Assembly: GCF_028464065.1 (NCBI RefSeq)
Contig: NZ_CP116808.1
Location: 1,263,886-1,327,885, forward strand
Direction: 5' to 3'
DNA from: Saprospira sp. CCB-QB6
GTDB lineage: Bacteria; Bacteroidota; Bacteroidia; Chitinophagales; Saprospiraceae
DNA length: 64,000 nt
Below, one piece after another: positions 8,279 through 16,374 of this stretch. The number at the start of each line of letters is the position of its first letter. The first letter of the stretch is position 1. A model generated the notes under the pieces. The model was not told the origin of the DNA. It ran no database searches and saw only the letters and a program-made list of their open reading frames with translations. A program made the translations under genes and the position numbers.

Positions 8279-9088
8279 CTATTTTCCTTCCTTTAATTCG
8301 GCCTTGCTATAATAACTTTGGCCTCTGCTGTAATAATGTTCTTCCCAAGAACGGATGCGATGTGGGAATTTGGTCTCAAACTGAATCTTTAGCCCTCCTT
8401 TTTCTTGGGCATAGCTTAAACTATAGGTAGACAAATCGCCTTCTTCACTCAAGCTAGCCTCTGCTGTTTTAGGCACAAGCAAACTGTGATACAATTGCGC
8501 CAACAAGCTAGAAGGTAAAAACTCAAAACGGCCCAAAGGCAGTTTTTCAGGTGAAATGCGAATCAAGTTAAACAGCTCATCTTGCAAAAGAACCTTGGGT
8601 AAATCTCGTTGCTGATCGCCTTCTTTGCTTGCATAAGAAAACTGCTGCTGCCGATAGTTATAAGCCCGCAGATTGATTTGATCGAATCGATGGCCCTCCC
8701 AGTTTTGCAAACTATTACTCACTTTATAACAATAGGGATCCGCTACCAAATCAATAGGCCGAAAGACCGACTGCATCAAGCGATATTCCCCCTCCTTAAA
8801 GCTACGCAATTGATTCAATTCCAAAATGGAAATGGCCCCATCATCATCGGCATTTACTTCATGTTGTTTGGAGCGAGAAAAATGGGCCGAGCGAAAAATG
8901 AGCTGGGCCATGCCCTCATATTTTTGCCCATCTAGTTCTTGAACCAAATGATAGTGATTCACCTCCCGCTTGCCCGTCAGCCAATATGCCTTAAACTCTT
9001 TTGAAGGCTGCCAGTTGGGGCCCGCAAAAAAGGCAAAGCCTAGACAACTAGATAGTAAGAATAGTCCTAAAATGGAAAACTGTCTCAT
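8279..9088 (-). CDS. Hypothetical secreted protein
   Basis: Signal peptide MRQFSILGLFLLSSCLGFAFFAG. No recognisable domain. Confidence 0.45.
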   Translation of the reverse strand: MRQFSILGLFLLSSCLGFAFFAGPNWQPSKEFKAYWLTGKREVNHYHLVQELDGQKYEGMAQLIFRSAHFSRSKQHEVNADDDGAISILELNQLRSFKEGEYRLMQSVFRPIDLVADPYCYKVSNSLQNWEGHRFDQINLRAYNYRQQQFSYASKEGDQQRDLPKVLLQDELFNLIRISPEKLPLGRFEFLPSSLLAQLYHSLLVPKTAEASLSEEGDLSTYSLSYAQEKGGLKIQFETKFPHRIRSWEEHYYSRGQSYYSKAELKEGK

Positions 9089-9205
9089 ATTTTAAGCTTG
9101 AAAAAGGATGTGCTATCAAAAAAAGCAGAATATCTCTTATCTTCCCTTGAGGATGAAAATTACAAGGATGTTAAGACTCTCTAAATATAGCAAAAAATCA
9201 AACTT

Positions 9206-9736
9206 ATGGCGAATTTCTCTTGGCTTCTTCTCTTGGGTTTCCTTACTTTCTCTCTATCCTGGGCCACTGCCCAAGAGCTGATTAGCGATCCCGTAAACTA
9301 TGATGTCCTGGTCTTTGAACATTTTGAAAAAGGCAAAACCTACTTCATCCGAAAAGGAGGCCGCATTAAGTATAAACTTTACAACAACCCTAAGGTAACT
9401 TATAAAGGCGAACTCCAAAGCGTCAACAAAGAAAGTATGTTTGTCGATGGTCGAGAAATCCCCCTAAAAGATTGTAGCCTAATCGCTGGACGAGTACGCA
9501 GCCCTAAAGAGTTCCAAGGGGCTATTCTTTTAGGCATGGGCGCTGGCATTATTCCCCTCTCCGCAGCCCTTTTAGGGATCAACACTATTGCTGGTCCTAT
9601 TGTTATTGTGGGCGGAGTAGCTGTATTGACGGTCGGACTCATCCGATCTATGTCGGCCCGTAAGTTTAAAATGAGTAAAGGCTGGGCCGTTTATGGCGGA
9701 CAATTACAATTTGACAGAAGTTACCAAAAACAATAA
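9206..9736 (+). CDS. Hypothetical membrane-anchored protein
   Basis: N-terminal signal peptide and a C-terminal Gly-rich transmembrane segment AILLGMGAGIIPLSAALLGINTIAGPIVIVGGVAVLTVGLI. Confidence 0.45.
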   Translation: MANFSWLLLLGFLTFSLSWATAQELISDPVNYDVLVFEHFEKGKTYFIRKGGRIKYKLYNNPKVTYKGELQSVNKESMFVDGREIPLKDCSLIAGRVRSPKEFQGAILLGMGAGIIPLSAALLGINTIAGPIVIVGGVAVLTVGLIRSMSARKFKMSKGWAVYGGQLQFDRSYQKQ

Positions 9737-9741
9737 GTAAG

Positions 9742-10557
9742 ATGCTAAAATCCTGGACCTATAAGGAGCAAGGCCTAGATGCCAAAGTAGAACTCTTTCA
9801 CGATCATATTCTTTGGACCACGCCCCTCGAACAGCAGTATCTTTCTTTTGAAAAAGCTCTCGAACGGCCCGAACCCATTGGCCCTCTTTGGATAGATGCC
9901 GAACTACTAGATTATCTGCAAGTTTTACTAGCTCGCGAAACCCTGCCCCCTGCTGCCGACCTGATTTTTGCCTTTTATAAAGGCCTCCAAAGCCATCGCC
10001 TAGCCGATCAAACTTATTTTTGGCCCAAAGAAGGCGATACCCAACTCCAATTGCAGTTTTCAAAGCAAGGATTAGTGCTTCTAGAAGAAGGCCCTTACCA
10101 AATTAAGGTTTTGGCCGCCCAAAGACTCTGGCATTTTTATCTACAAGGCATCAATATGCCAGGCCTGCCCCTCAACGAACGCCGAAAATGGCGGGGCCAA
10201 ATCCAACATCAACTCCGCTGGCCCCAATTAGCGCCCCCTTTTGTCCTGCTCGATTATGATCGCCTTCCCCTAAAACGCTATGAGGCCCAAGACGAAAATG
10301 GCGAGCTCTACTTTCTCGCCCTAAATCAAGACCACGCCCTATTGGGCCAAGGCAAAGGCCAAGACTGCCGAGAAGAAAAACGTAGCTATGAACGCCTGAT
10401 TCGAGAGGGCGCCAAAGGCCTCCCCCACTGCCTTGCCGCCTACTGGCCCATGCTGCTCAACTTACTAGAAACGATGCGCCTAGAGGGCCAATTCCCCAGC
10501 CGAGAAGAAGATAAACCCTATGAAGGTCCCGCTCCAGGACAAGCCCCTCCCGCCTAA
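9742..10557 (+). CDS. Hypothetical protein
   Basis: 271-aa ORF starting 6 bp after the previous stop. No motifs recognised. Confidence 0.45.
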   Translation: MLKSWTYKEQGLDAKVELFHDHILWTTPLEQQYLSFEKALERPEPIGPLWIDAELLDYLQVLLARETLPPAADLIFAFYKGLQSHRLADQTYFWPKEGDTQLQLQFSKQGLVLLEEGPYQIKVLAAQRLWHFYLQGINMPGLPLNERRKWRGQIQHQLRWPQLAPPFVLLDYDRLPLKRYEAQDENGELYFLALNQDHALLGQGKGQDCREEKRSYERLIREGAKGLPHCLAAYWPMLLNLLETMRLEGQFPSREEDKPYEGPAPGQAPPA

Positions 10558-10579
10558 TTTTTCCTGAGATTTTTTTCTT

Positions 10580-10699
10580 TTTTGGGGCTGCCCCGCCCTG
10601 CGGGCGGGTCGGGCTGTTGCGCAGCTCGCTATTCGCTCGGCCCTGCGCCAGCAAGCTGGCTGGGTCTGGCGCTGCGCGCCACTGCTCCATCCCTCAGCC
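10580..10699 (+). repeat. GC-rich modular repeat copy D (alpha-type), followed at 10704-10724 by hairpin CTGTGGGTT-TTC-AACCCACAG
   Basis: TTTTGGGGCTGCCCCGCCCTGCGGGCGGGTCGGGCTGTTGCGCAGCTCGCTATTCGCTCGGCCCTGCGCCAGCAAGCTGGCTGGGTCTGGC...CCACTGCTCCATCCCTCAGCC. Confidence 0.8.
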
Positions 10700-10829
10700 G
10701 ATGCTGTGGGTTTTCAACCCACAGCGATAAGGTTATGGCTGCGCCATATTTATTATTGAGGGATAAACCCTCAAGAAAAAGGACCAAAATACCGCCCCCT
10801 GAACAAGTTCCTCAATCAAATCAATCAAC

Positions 10830-11897
10830 ATGAAATGGATCAACCGTATCCGCAAAGCCTTTGAGGCCCTGCTCGAAGAAGATATTGAGAATGATTATGT
10901 AGATGATGGCCGCCCTTTTCGGGTTTTGGCCCAAGAACGCTCCTTTTTGCCCAATTCGGCTAAAGGAGATTTTAGGTTGTACCGCCTGCATCAAAGCTTT
11001 TGCGCTTGCTGGTACGAGCTGCTGGTCGTCCGCTCCGATGATGGCAACCTCCGCTATGAGCTCCCCGGCTGGGGCCGAGCCGTAGCCGTTAGTCCCGATA
11101 AAAGCAAATTGCTAGCCGCCAGAAATAAACAACTCGGCATTTTTAATGCGGCCACTGGCCAGATGATTGGCGAAGAAAAAACCCTAGATGCCTTTATTGA
11201 TTTTCTCCTCTGGCTACCCAATGAGCAAATTGCCGCCACCGATGGAGAGAAAATCTATTTGCTGGACCAAGAACTAGAGCTGCAAGCCATTATTCACGAT
11301 CCTATCCGCAAAGGGGGATTTATTGCAGGTATGCAGCTGGGGCAAGCCCCAGCTGAAGTCATTATTCTCGACTTTAATCACCAACAACTTCGCAGCATTG
11401 ACCTGCGCTCTGGGAGCATCCTCCAAGAAAGTGAGGCCCAATATGCCGAGCAACTATTTCGACAAGATGACCGGCTTTGGACCGCCGTAGTTAATGGCAC
11501 ACAACTCCAAGAAATTCGCTTTTATGGTCTAGAAAAACTAGATGAAAAATATGCGCTCCCTTTTAGAGGCAAAAAGGGCATCCGCTTCGCCAATCAACCG
11601 CCTACGGATATTAGCTATCATCATTGGACCTCTTTGCCGGCCCTCTCTCCAGAAGAACAATTTCTTTTGGTCAATGATAATGCAGGCCTGCTCTGGCTAC
11701 TCGATGCCCATACAGGCGACCACCGCAGAACCTTTTCGCCCAAAATTCTGCCCTATGTATATGCCGCCCTTTGGCTCAATGAAGAAGAATTTGTGGTCCT
11801 TTTAGAGGATGGATTTATTGCTAAGATGAATATCCGATCTAAATCCCTTATGTTTAAACATCAAGATTTCGATCCTCAGCGGCAACGCTTTTTCTAA
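10830..11897 (+). CDS. Hypothetical protein
   Basis: 355-aa ORF. No motifs recognised. Bracketed by repeat copies D and E. Confidence 0.45.
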   Translation: MKWINRIRKAFEALLEEDIENDYVDDGRPFRVLAQERSFLPNSAKGDFRLYRLHQSFCACWYELLVVRSDDGNLRYELPGWGRAVAVSPDKSKLLAARNKQLGIFNAATGQMIGEEKTLDAFIDFLLWLPNEQIAATDGEKIYLLDQELELQAIIHDPIRKGGFIAGMQLGQAPAEVIILDFNHQQLRSIDLRSGSILQESEAQYAEQLFRQDDRLWTAVVNGTQLQEIRFYGLEKLDEKYALPFRGKKGIRFANQPPTDISYHHWTSLPALSPEEQFLLVNDNAGLLWLLDAHTGDHRRTFSPKILPYVYAALWLNEEEFVVLLEDGFIAKMNIRSKSLMFKHQDFDPQRQRFF

Positions 11898-11906
11898 AGC
11901 CATTAG

Positions 11907-12039
11907 AGGAGCGAAGCGACTGGCCTAGCGATGTGCAGCAGTGGCGCGCAGCGCCAGACCCAGCCAGCTTGCTGGCGCAGGGCCGAGCGAATAGCGAGCT
12001 GCGCAACGTAGCGCCTGCCGTAGGCAGGAGGCCCCAAAA
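11907..12039 (-). repeat. GC-rich modular repeat copy E (beta-type, minus orientation)
   Basis: GGAGCGAAGCGACTGGCCTAGCGATGTGCAGCAGTGGCGCGCAGCGCCAGACCCAGCCAGCTTGCTGGCGCAGGGCCGAGCGAATAGCGAGCTGCGCAACGTAGCGCCTGCCGTAGGCAGGAGGCCCCAAAAC. Confidence 0.8.
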
Positions 12040-12078
12040 CAGACAGACAAAAAAGCCTCACCCAACAATTAGAAGTTT

Positions 12079-15000
12079 ATGCAAAAAAAAGCAACAGAAG
12101 CGCAGTTCTTCTTTTCTCAACTGCTCAAGCTACAGCAAGTAGATCAACCTTTGGGGGCCAAATATCAGGCATTGGATGCCATTTTGGTCCAGCTATTTTT
12201 ACAATTGACCGAAAAAGAGCGGCTACATTTTAGTGATCGCTCGGCCCGAATTGCCTTTTTATCGCATAAGGAGGATTTGAGTCGTTCTGTACAATGGCGG
12301 ATTTATCAGATTATCAAGCGGGCGCGATGGATTCGCAGAAAGGAGCTGGATCCTACGGCTGGGCAATATGCCTCGGCCCTAAAAACTGTGGCCTTTGCCA
12401 TTGCGGCCCTTTGTCATGTTCCTTTGCCCGAAGAATTGCGGGCCTATTTGCCCACAGATGAAGAGGAGGACCAAGAAGATCGCAATCCGTTTCCCTTAAA
12501 AGAAGGGATTATTGAGCAGCTCAAAGTGGTGGTTTTGCAAATTGATGCCGCTCAAGAGCTCATCATTTGCCAGCCTTATGGAGAAGAATATACCGATCAG
12601 CTGCGGTTGCGTTATAATGTGCCTGAGATTAACGCCCAGTTTAATAAGACGATCGAGTTGATGCAAGATCATTTTCCTTCTGGGGCCATTTTACAATTGG
12701 TCAATGTCTTGGTAGAAGAATCGGGGATTTTGTTGCCCAAGCGCATCATTTTAGAGCCCGACTACTTGGTCGATGTGACCAGCATAGCCGAATGTTTTCA
12801 GCCGCAGGGCGCTTCGCCCTATTTGTTTTTGCTCAAAAAGTTTGCAAGCTATGAAAATAGCCTGCCCCTGATGTTGGGAAATATTGCCAACCGCTTTTTG
12901 GACCTCTTGAGCAAGAACCCCAAATTAGATTTTCAGGAAGAGTTTAAGAAGCTTTTTAGCCTCAATCCCTTGGGCTTTGCCGACTTTAAGGATACGGATA
13001 TTCGCAAGACCTATCATGAGGCCAAAAATCACTTCATCAATCTCCAACATATTATCCTCAATGAGTTTCCCAAGCTGGGCATTGATCGAGATCGCATTTT
13101 GTTGGAGCCCTCTTTTTACTCGGCCCTCTATGGGATTCAGGGTCGTTTGGACCTTTGGCAGCCGCCAGCAGAAGGCGATGATAAGGCCTTAATTGTGGAG
13201 TTGAAGAGTGGCAAAACCTTTATGCCCAATAAATACAATCTTAACCATAACCACTATGTGCAGACCTTGCTCTATGGCTTGCTGACCCAATCGGTTTATC
13301 CCAACTATAAGAGTTTGGCCCATATTCTTTACTCCAAATTGCAAGAGAAACCGCTGCGCCTAGCCCCTAGCACGCAGTTTAAGGAAGATGAGGCCTTGGC
13401 CATTCGCAACCAGATGGTCATTATGGAGCGACAGCTGGCCCAATTGGACCAAAAATCACTGGAAGAATATGGCCTTTTGCATCAATTGGGGCCTGCAATT
13501 TTGCCCAAAGCGAGCGGCTATACCGCCAGAGGATTGGAGGAGTTTGAAAACTGCTTTTCTAATTTAAGCGAGCTGGAACGTCGCTATTTTATGGCCTTTT
13601 GCAGCTTTATTGCCAAGGAACAAATTTTAGCCAAAACGGGAGTTGAAGGAAATGATCGCGCCAATGGGCAAGCGGGACTTTGGCTCAGCCAAAGAGCCGA
13701 TAAAGACGAACATTTTGAGCTTTTGGCTGGCCTAAAGTTGATTGAAAATAATAGCGAAGAGGAACCGCCTATTCTCCGTTTTAAGCGAACGGAGGTTACC
13801 AATCCCCTCGCCAACTTTAGACAGGGAGATATTGCGATTTTGTATCCCGAAATGGGCCAAGAAGACAATGTTTTGGAGCATCAGATTTTTAAAGGCTCTA
13901 TTTCGGAAATCAATGCCGAAGAACTTTCCTTCAAGCTCTATTCGCCCCAATGTAGCGGAGCTGTTTTTGAGGGCCCACAAACTTGGAGTTTAGAGCATGA
14001 TATGCTTGATAAAGGCTTTACAGTCCAATATCAATCGCTCTTCAATTTCATGAATTTCCATAGCGCAAAGCGCCAGCTTTTATTGGGCCAAAGGGCCCCA
14101 CAAGAAAGCAGTGCCCCCAAGAGTCGCGACTTTATGGAGCCCCATTTGGGCCAAGACCAAAAGCGCATTCTCAACAAGGCCTTGGATGCCCAAGACTACT
14201 TTTTGTTGGTGGGCCCTCCAGGCACGGGCAAAACCAAATTCATGTTGGCCCAAATGGTCGAATATCTGCACCGCAACAGCCAAGAAAACATCTTACTTTT
14301 GGCCTATACCAACCGAGCAGTCGATGAAATTTGCGAGGCGATTGAAGAAGTGGGCATAGACGACTATCTGCGGATGGGCAGCCGCTATTCTTGCGATCCT
14401 CGCTTTGAGCAGCGCATGTTTTCGGTCCAAACAGAGCAGGTAGATAGCCGCAAAGATCTTAGAGCGACCATAGAAAAGCATCGGGTTTTTGTGTCTACGG
14501 TTTCTACCATGCTCAACCGCCCGCTTTTGCTCAAGCTCAAGCAGTTTAATACAGCCATTATTGATGAAGCTTCACAAATTTTGGAGCCGATGCTGGTTGG
14601 ACTACTCCCCCATTTTCAGCGCTTTGTTTTGATTGGCGATCATAAGCAATTGCCCGCCGTAGTGTTGCAAGATAAGGAGCAATCAGCGGTTAGTGATGAG
14701 CTTTTGCAAAGCATTGGCTTGCGCAATCGCCGCAATTCGCTCTTTGAGCGCTTGTTTGAACAGGCCCAAAAAGAGGCTTGGACTTGCTGCTACGATCAGT
14801 TGCAGCATCAGGGGCGGATGCATGCCGATATTTCCCGCTTTCCTAGCCAATTTTTCTATGATAATAAGTTGCTAGAGCTGCCCGAAGATAATCCCGTGGG
14901 AGCTTGGCAGCAAGCGCCCCTCCCCTTTGCCGCCAAGGCCGATGCCCCTCGCTTAGAGCAGGCTTTGGCCCAGCATCGTCTGCTGTTTATTCCCAGCCAA

Positions 15001-15462
15001 TCGGATTATCTGGGCAATAGCAAGACCAATGAAGAGGAGGCGATTCGGATTGGGGAATTAGTCGATGCCTTTCGGAATTTATACGAGCAGCAGGGCGGCG
15101 GTTTTGCCGTAGAGGATTTGGGGATTATCACGCCTTTTCGGGCGCAGATTGCCCAGATTCGCCATGTTTTGGCCCAATATAATATGGGCTATGAGCAATG
15201 TACCATTGATACCGTAGAGCGCTATCAGGGGGGCGCCCGCAAAATTATTCTTTTGTCGCTGGCCGTTAATATGGGCCATCAATTGCCCGCCATCGTCTCC
15301 CTTTCTGATGATGAGCAGGTGGACCGCAAACTCAATGTGGCCCTTACCCGCGCAAGGCAGCAGCTGGTGGTTTTGGGCAATCCCAAACTATTGGCCAATG
15401 ACCCCCGCTATGCGGCCCTAATAGCCTGGATCAAAGAACGAGACGGCTATTTTATCCCTTAG
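12079..15462 (+). CDS. Single-polypeptide nuclease-helicase: RecB-like PD-(D/E)xK nuclease core plus Upf1/DNA2-like SF1 helicase
   Basis: Helicase motifs LLVGPPGTGKT (Walker A), IIDEASQ (motif II), VLIGDHKQLPAVV, RMHADISRFPSQFFYDNKL and NVALTRARQQLVVLG. At about residues 355-400, GRLDLW...ALIVELKSGK...HYVQTLLYGLL gives D / ExK / QxxxY, the RecB/Cas4/AddB nuclease signature. Confidence 0.75.
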   Translation: MQKKATEAQFFFSQLLKLQQVDQPLGAKYQALDAILVQLFLQLTEKERLHFSDRSARIAFLSHKEDLSRSVQWRIYQIIKRARWIRRKELDPTAGQYASALKTVAFAIAALCHVPLPEELRAYLPTDEEEDQEDRNPFPLKEGIIEQLKVVVLQIDAAQELIICQPYGEEYTDQLRLRYNVPEINAQFNKTIELMQDHFPSGAILQLVNVLVEESGILLPKRIILEPDYLVDVTSIAECFQPQGASPYLFLLKKFASYENSLPLMLGNIANRFLDLLSKNPKLDFQEEFKKLFSLNPLGFADFKDTDIRKTYHEAKNHFINLQHIILNEFPKLGIDRDRILLEPSFYSALYGIQGRLDLWQPPAEGDDKALIVELKSGKTFMPNKYNLNHNHYVQTLLYGLLTQSVYPNYKSLAHILYSKLQEKPLRLAPSTQFKEDEALAIRNQMVIMERQLAQLDQKSLEEYGLLHQLGPAILPKASGYTARGLEEFENCFSNLSELERRYFMAFCSFIAKEQILAKTGVEGNDRANGQAGLWLSQRADKDEHFELLAGLKLIENNSEEEPPILRFKRTEVTNPLANFRQGDIAILYPEMGQEDNVLEHQIFKGSISEINAEELSFKLYSPQCSGAVFEGPQTWSLEHDMLDKGFTVQYQSLFNFMNFHSAKRQLLLGQRAPQESSAPKSRDFMEPHLGQDQKRILNKALDAQDYFLLVGPPGTGKTKFMLAQMVEYLHRNSQENILLLAYTNRAVDEICEAIEEVGIDDYLRMGSRYSCDPRFEQRMFSVQTEQVDSRKDLRATIEKHRVFVSTVSTMLNRPLLLKLKQFNTAIIDEASQILEPMLVGLLPHFQRFVLIGDHKQLPAVVLQDKEQSAVSDELLQSIGLRNRRNSLFERLFEQAQKEAWTCCYDQLQHQGRMHADISRFPSQFFYDNKLLELPEDNPVGAWQQAPLPFAAKADAPRLEQALAQHRLLFIPSQSDYLGNSKTNEEEAIRIGELVDAFRNLYEQQGGGFAVEDLGIITPFRAQIAQIRHVLAQYNMGYEQCTIDTVERYQGGARKIILLSLAVNMGHQLPAIVSLSDDEQVDRKLNVALTRARQQLVVLGNPKLLANDPRYAALIAWIKERDGYFIP

Positions 15463-15514
15463 TTTTGATCCCTTTATTTTATCCCTCTAGTAGTTAATTA
15501 CTAGGGGGATATTT

Positions 15515-15676
15515 TTTTGGGGCCTCCTGCCTACGGCAGGCGCTACGTTCCGCAGCTCGCAGGTCTGCTCGGCCCTTCGCCGCCTGCGGCGGCTCGGTCT
15601 GGCCCTGCGGGCCACTGCTGCACATCGCTAGGCCGTTTGGCCTGCGGCCATGGGCTGCAGGTTTCAACCTACAGGC
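15515..15676 (+). repeat. GC-rich modular repeat copy F (beta-type) plus trailing hairpins GGCCTGCGGCC and CTGCAGGTTTCAACCTACAG
   Basis: TTTTGGGGCCTCCTGCCTACGGCAGGCGCTACGTTCCGCAGCTCGCAGGTCTGCTCGGCCCTTCGCCGCCTGCGGCGGCTCGGTCTGGCCCTGCGGGCCACTGCTGCACATCGCTAGGCC. Confidence 0.8.
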
Positions 15677-15964
15677 CAATATGATATAAATCCCCCCTAG
15701 GGCCAAGGCCCTAGGCTATTAAATCTATCATCCCCTCCTTCGAGGGGATTCGCCTTTCCTCCTGAACTTGAACAGTTAAGCGAACAAAATCTTTAACTAC
15801 CAATTATTCGCTTACTCTTCAAACATAAACTTAGCACCTAAGGGCCAATACAGAAAATTACGTCTCGGTCTAATTGACCAATAGAGCCAAACAAAAAGCC
15901 CCCTCGAAGGAGGGGGCGACTATTACTATTAGGACAAGGGCTTAAATACAACCGCATCCAATAC

Positions 15965-16075
15965 TTCGCTGCTAAGCGAGCCTAGCTGATTTGTAGTAGG
16001 GTCCGTCCAGAAAAAAAAGATAGGGCCTTAGACAGTCCTCCCTAGCTAAATGCATTTTGCAAGAAGGCCTTAAAC
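15965..16075 (+). repeat. Second repeat family, copy 2, followed by two ATGCATTTTGCARGAA motifs
   Basis: TTCGCTGCTAAGCGAGCCTAGCTGATTTGTAGTAGGGTCCGTCCAGAAAAAAAAGATAGGGCCTTAGACA. Compare 2590-2670. Confidence 0.55.
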
Positions 16076-16157
16076 AACTCTTTAGAGCCATATGCATTTT
16101 GCAGGAAACTCTAAATAAGGCCGAAGAAGGAGAACAAAAGCAACAACTAAAGATGAG

Positions 16158-16279
16158 CGGCCTAGCGATGCGGCGGGGTGGCGCAAAGCGCCAGACCCAG
16201 GCGGCAAAGCCGCCGCAGGGCCGAGCAGACCTGCGAGCCCCAAAGCGTAGCGCCTGCCGTAGGCAGGAGGCCCCAAAAC
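16158..16279 (-). repeat. GC-rich modular repeat copy G (beta-type, minus orientation)
   Basis: GGCCTAGCGATGCGGCGGGGTGGCGCAAAGCGCCAGACCCAGGCGGCAAAGCCGCCGCAGGGCCGAGCAGACCTGCGAGCCCCAAAGCGTAGCGCCTGCCGTAGGCAGGAGGCCCCAAAAC. Confidence 0.8.
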
Positions 16280-16292
16280 TATAGTATAGTTT

Positions 16293-16330
16293 AAAACAAA
16301 AAAGGCCAGCTCCTGGGGAGCTGACCTTCA
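16293..16330 (-). terminator. Rho-independent terminator of the giant adhesin gene (minus strand: GGTCAGCTCC-CCA-GGAGCTGGCC then TTTTTTGTTTT)
   Basis: Hairpin at 16304-16328 with the A-tract at 16293-16303 on the plus strand. Lies 45 bp downstream of the stop at 16375. Confidence 0.6.
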
Positions 16331-16374
16331 AAGTTAGTTAGGGAAGGGGGTTAAAACGCCCCCTTCGAGTTGGT

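Noticed and set aside
10457-12142. Small ORFs 10457..10690, 10582..10833, 11933..12142 (also 28530..28730, 32368..32628, 26416..26686, 58188..58672 etc.) sharing peptides such as AQGRANSELRN, GPSALCAS and GLAMCSSG
   Set aside because: They are translations of different copies of the GC-rich repeat in various frames. The recurring peptide reflects DNA repeat identity, not a gene family.
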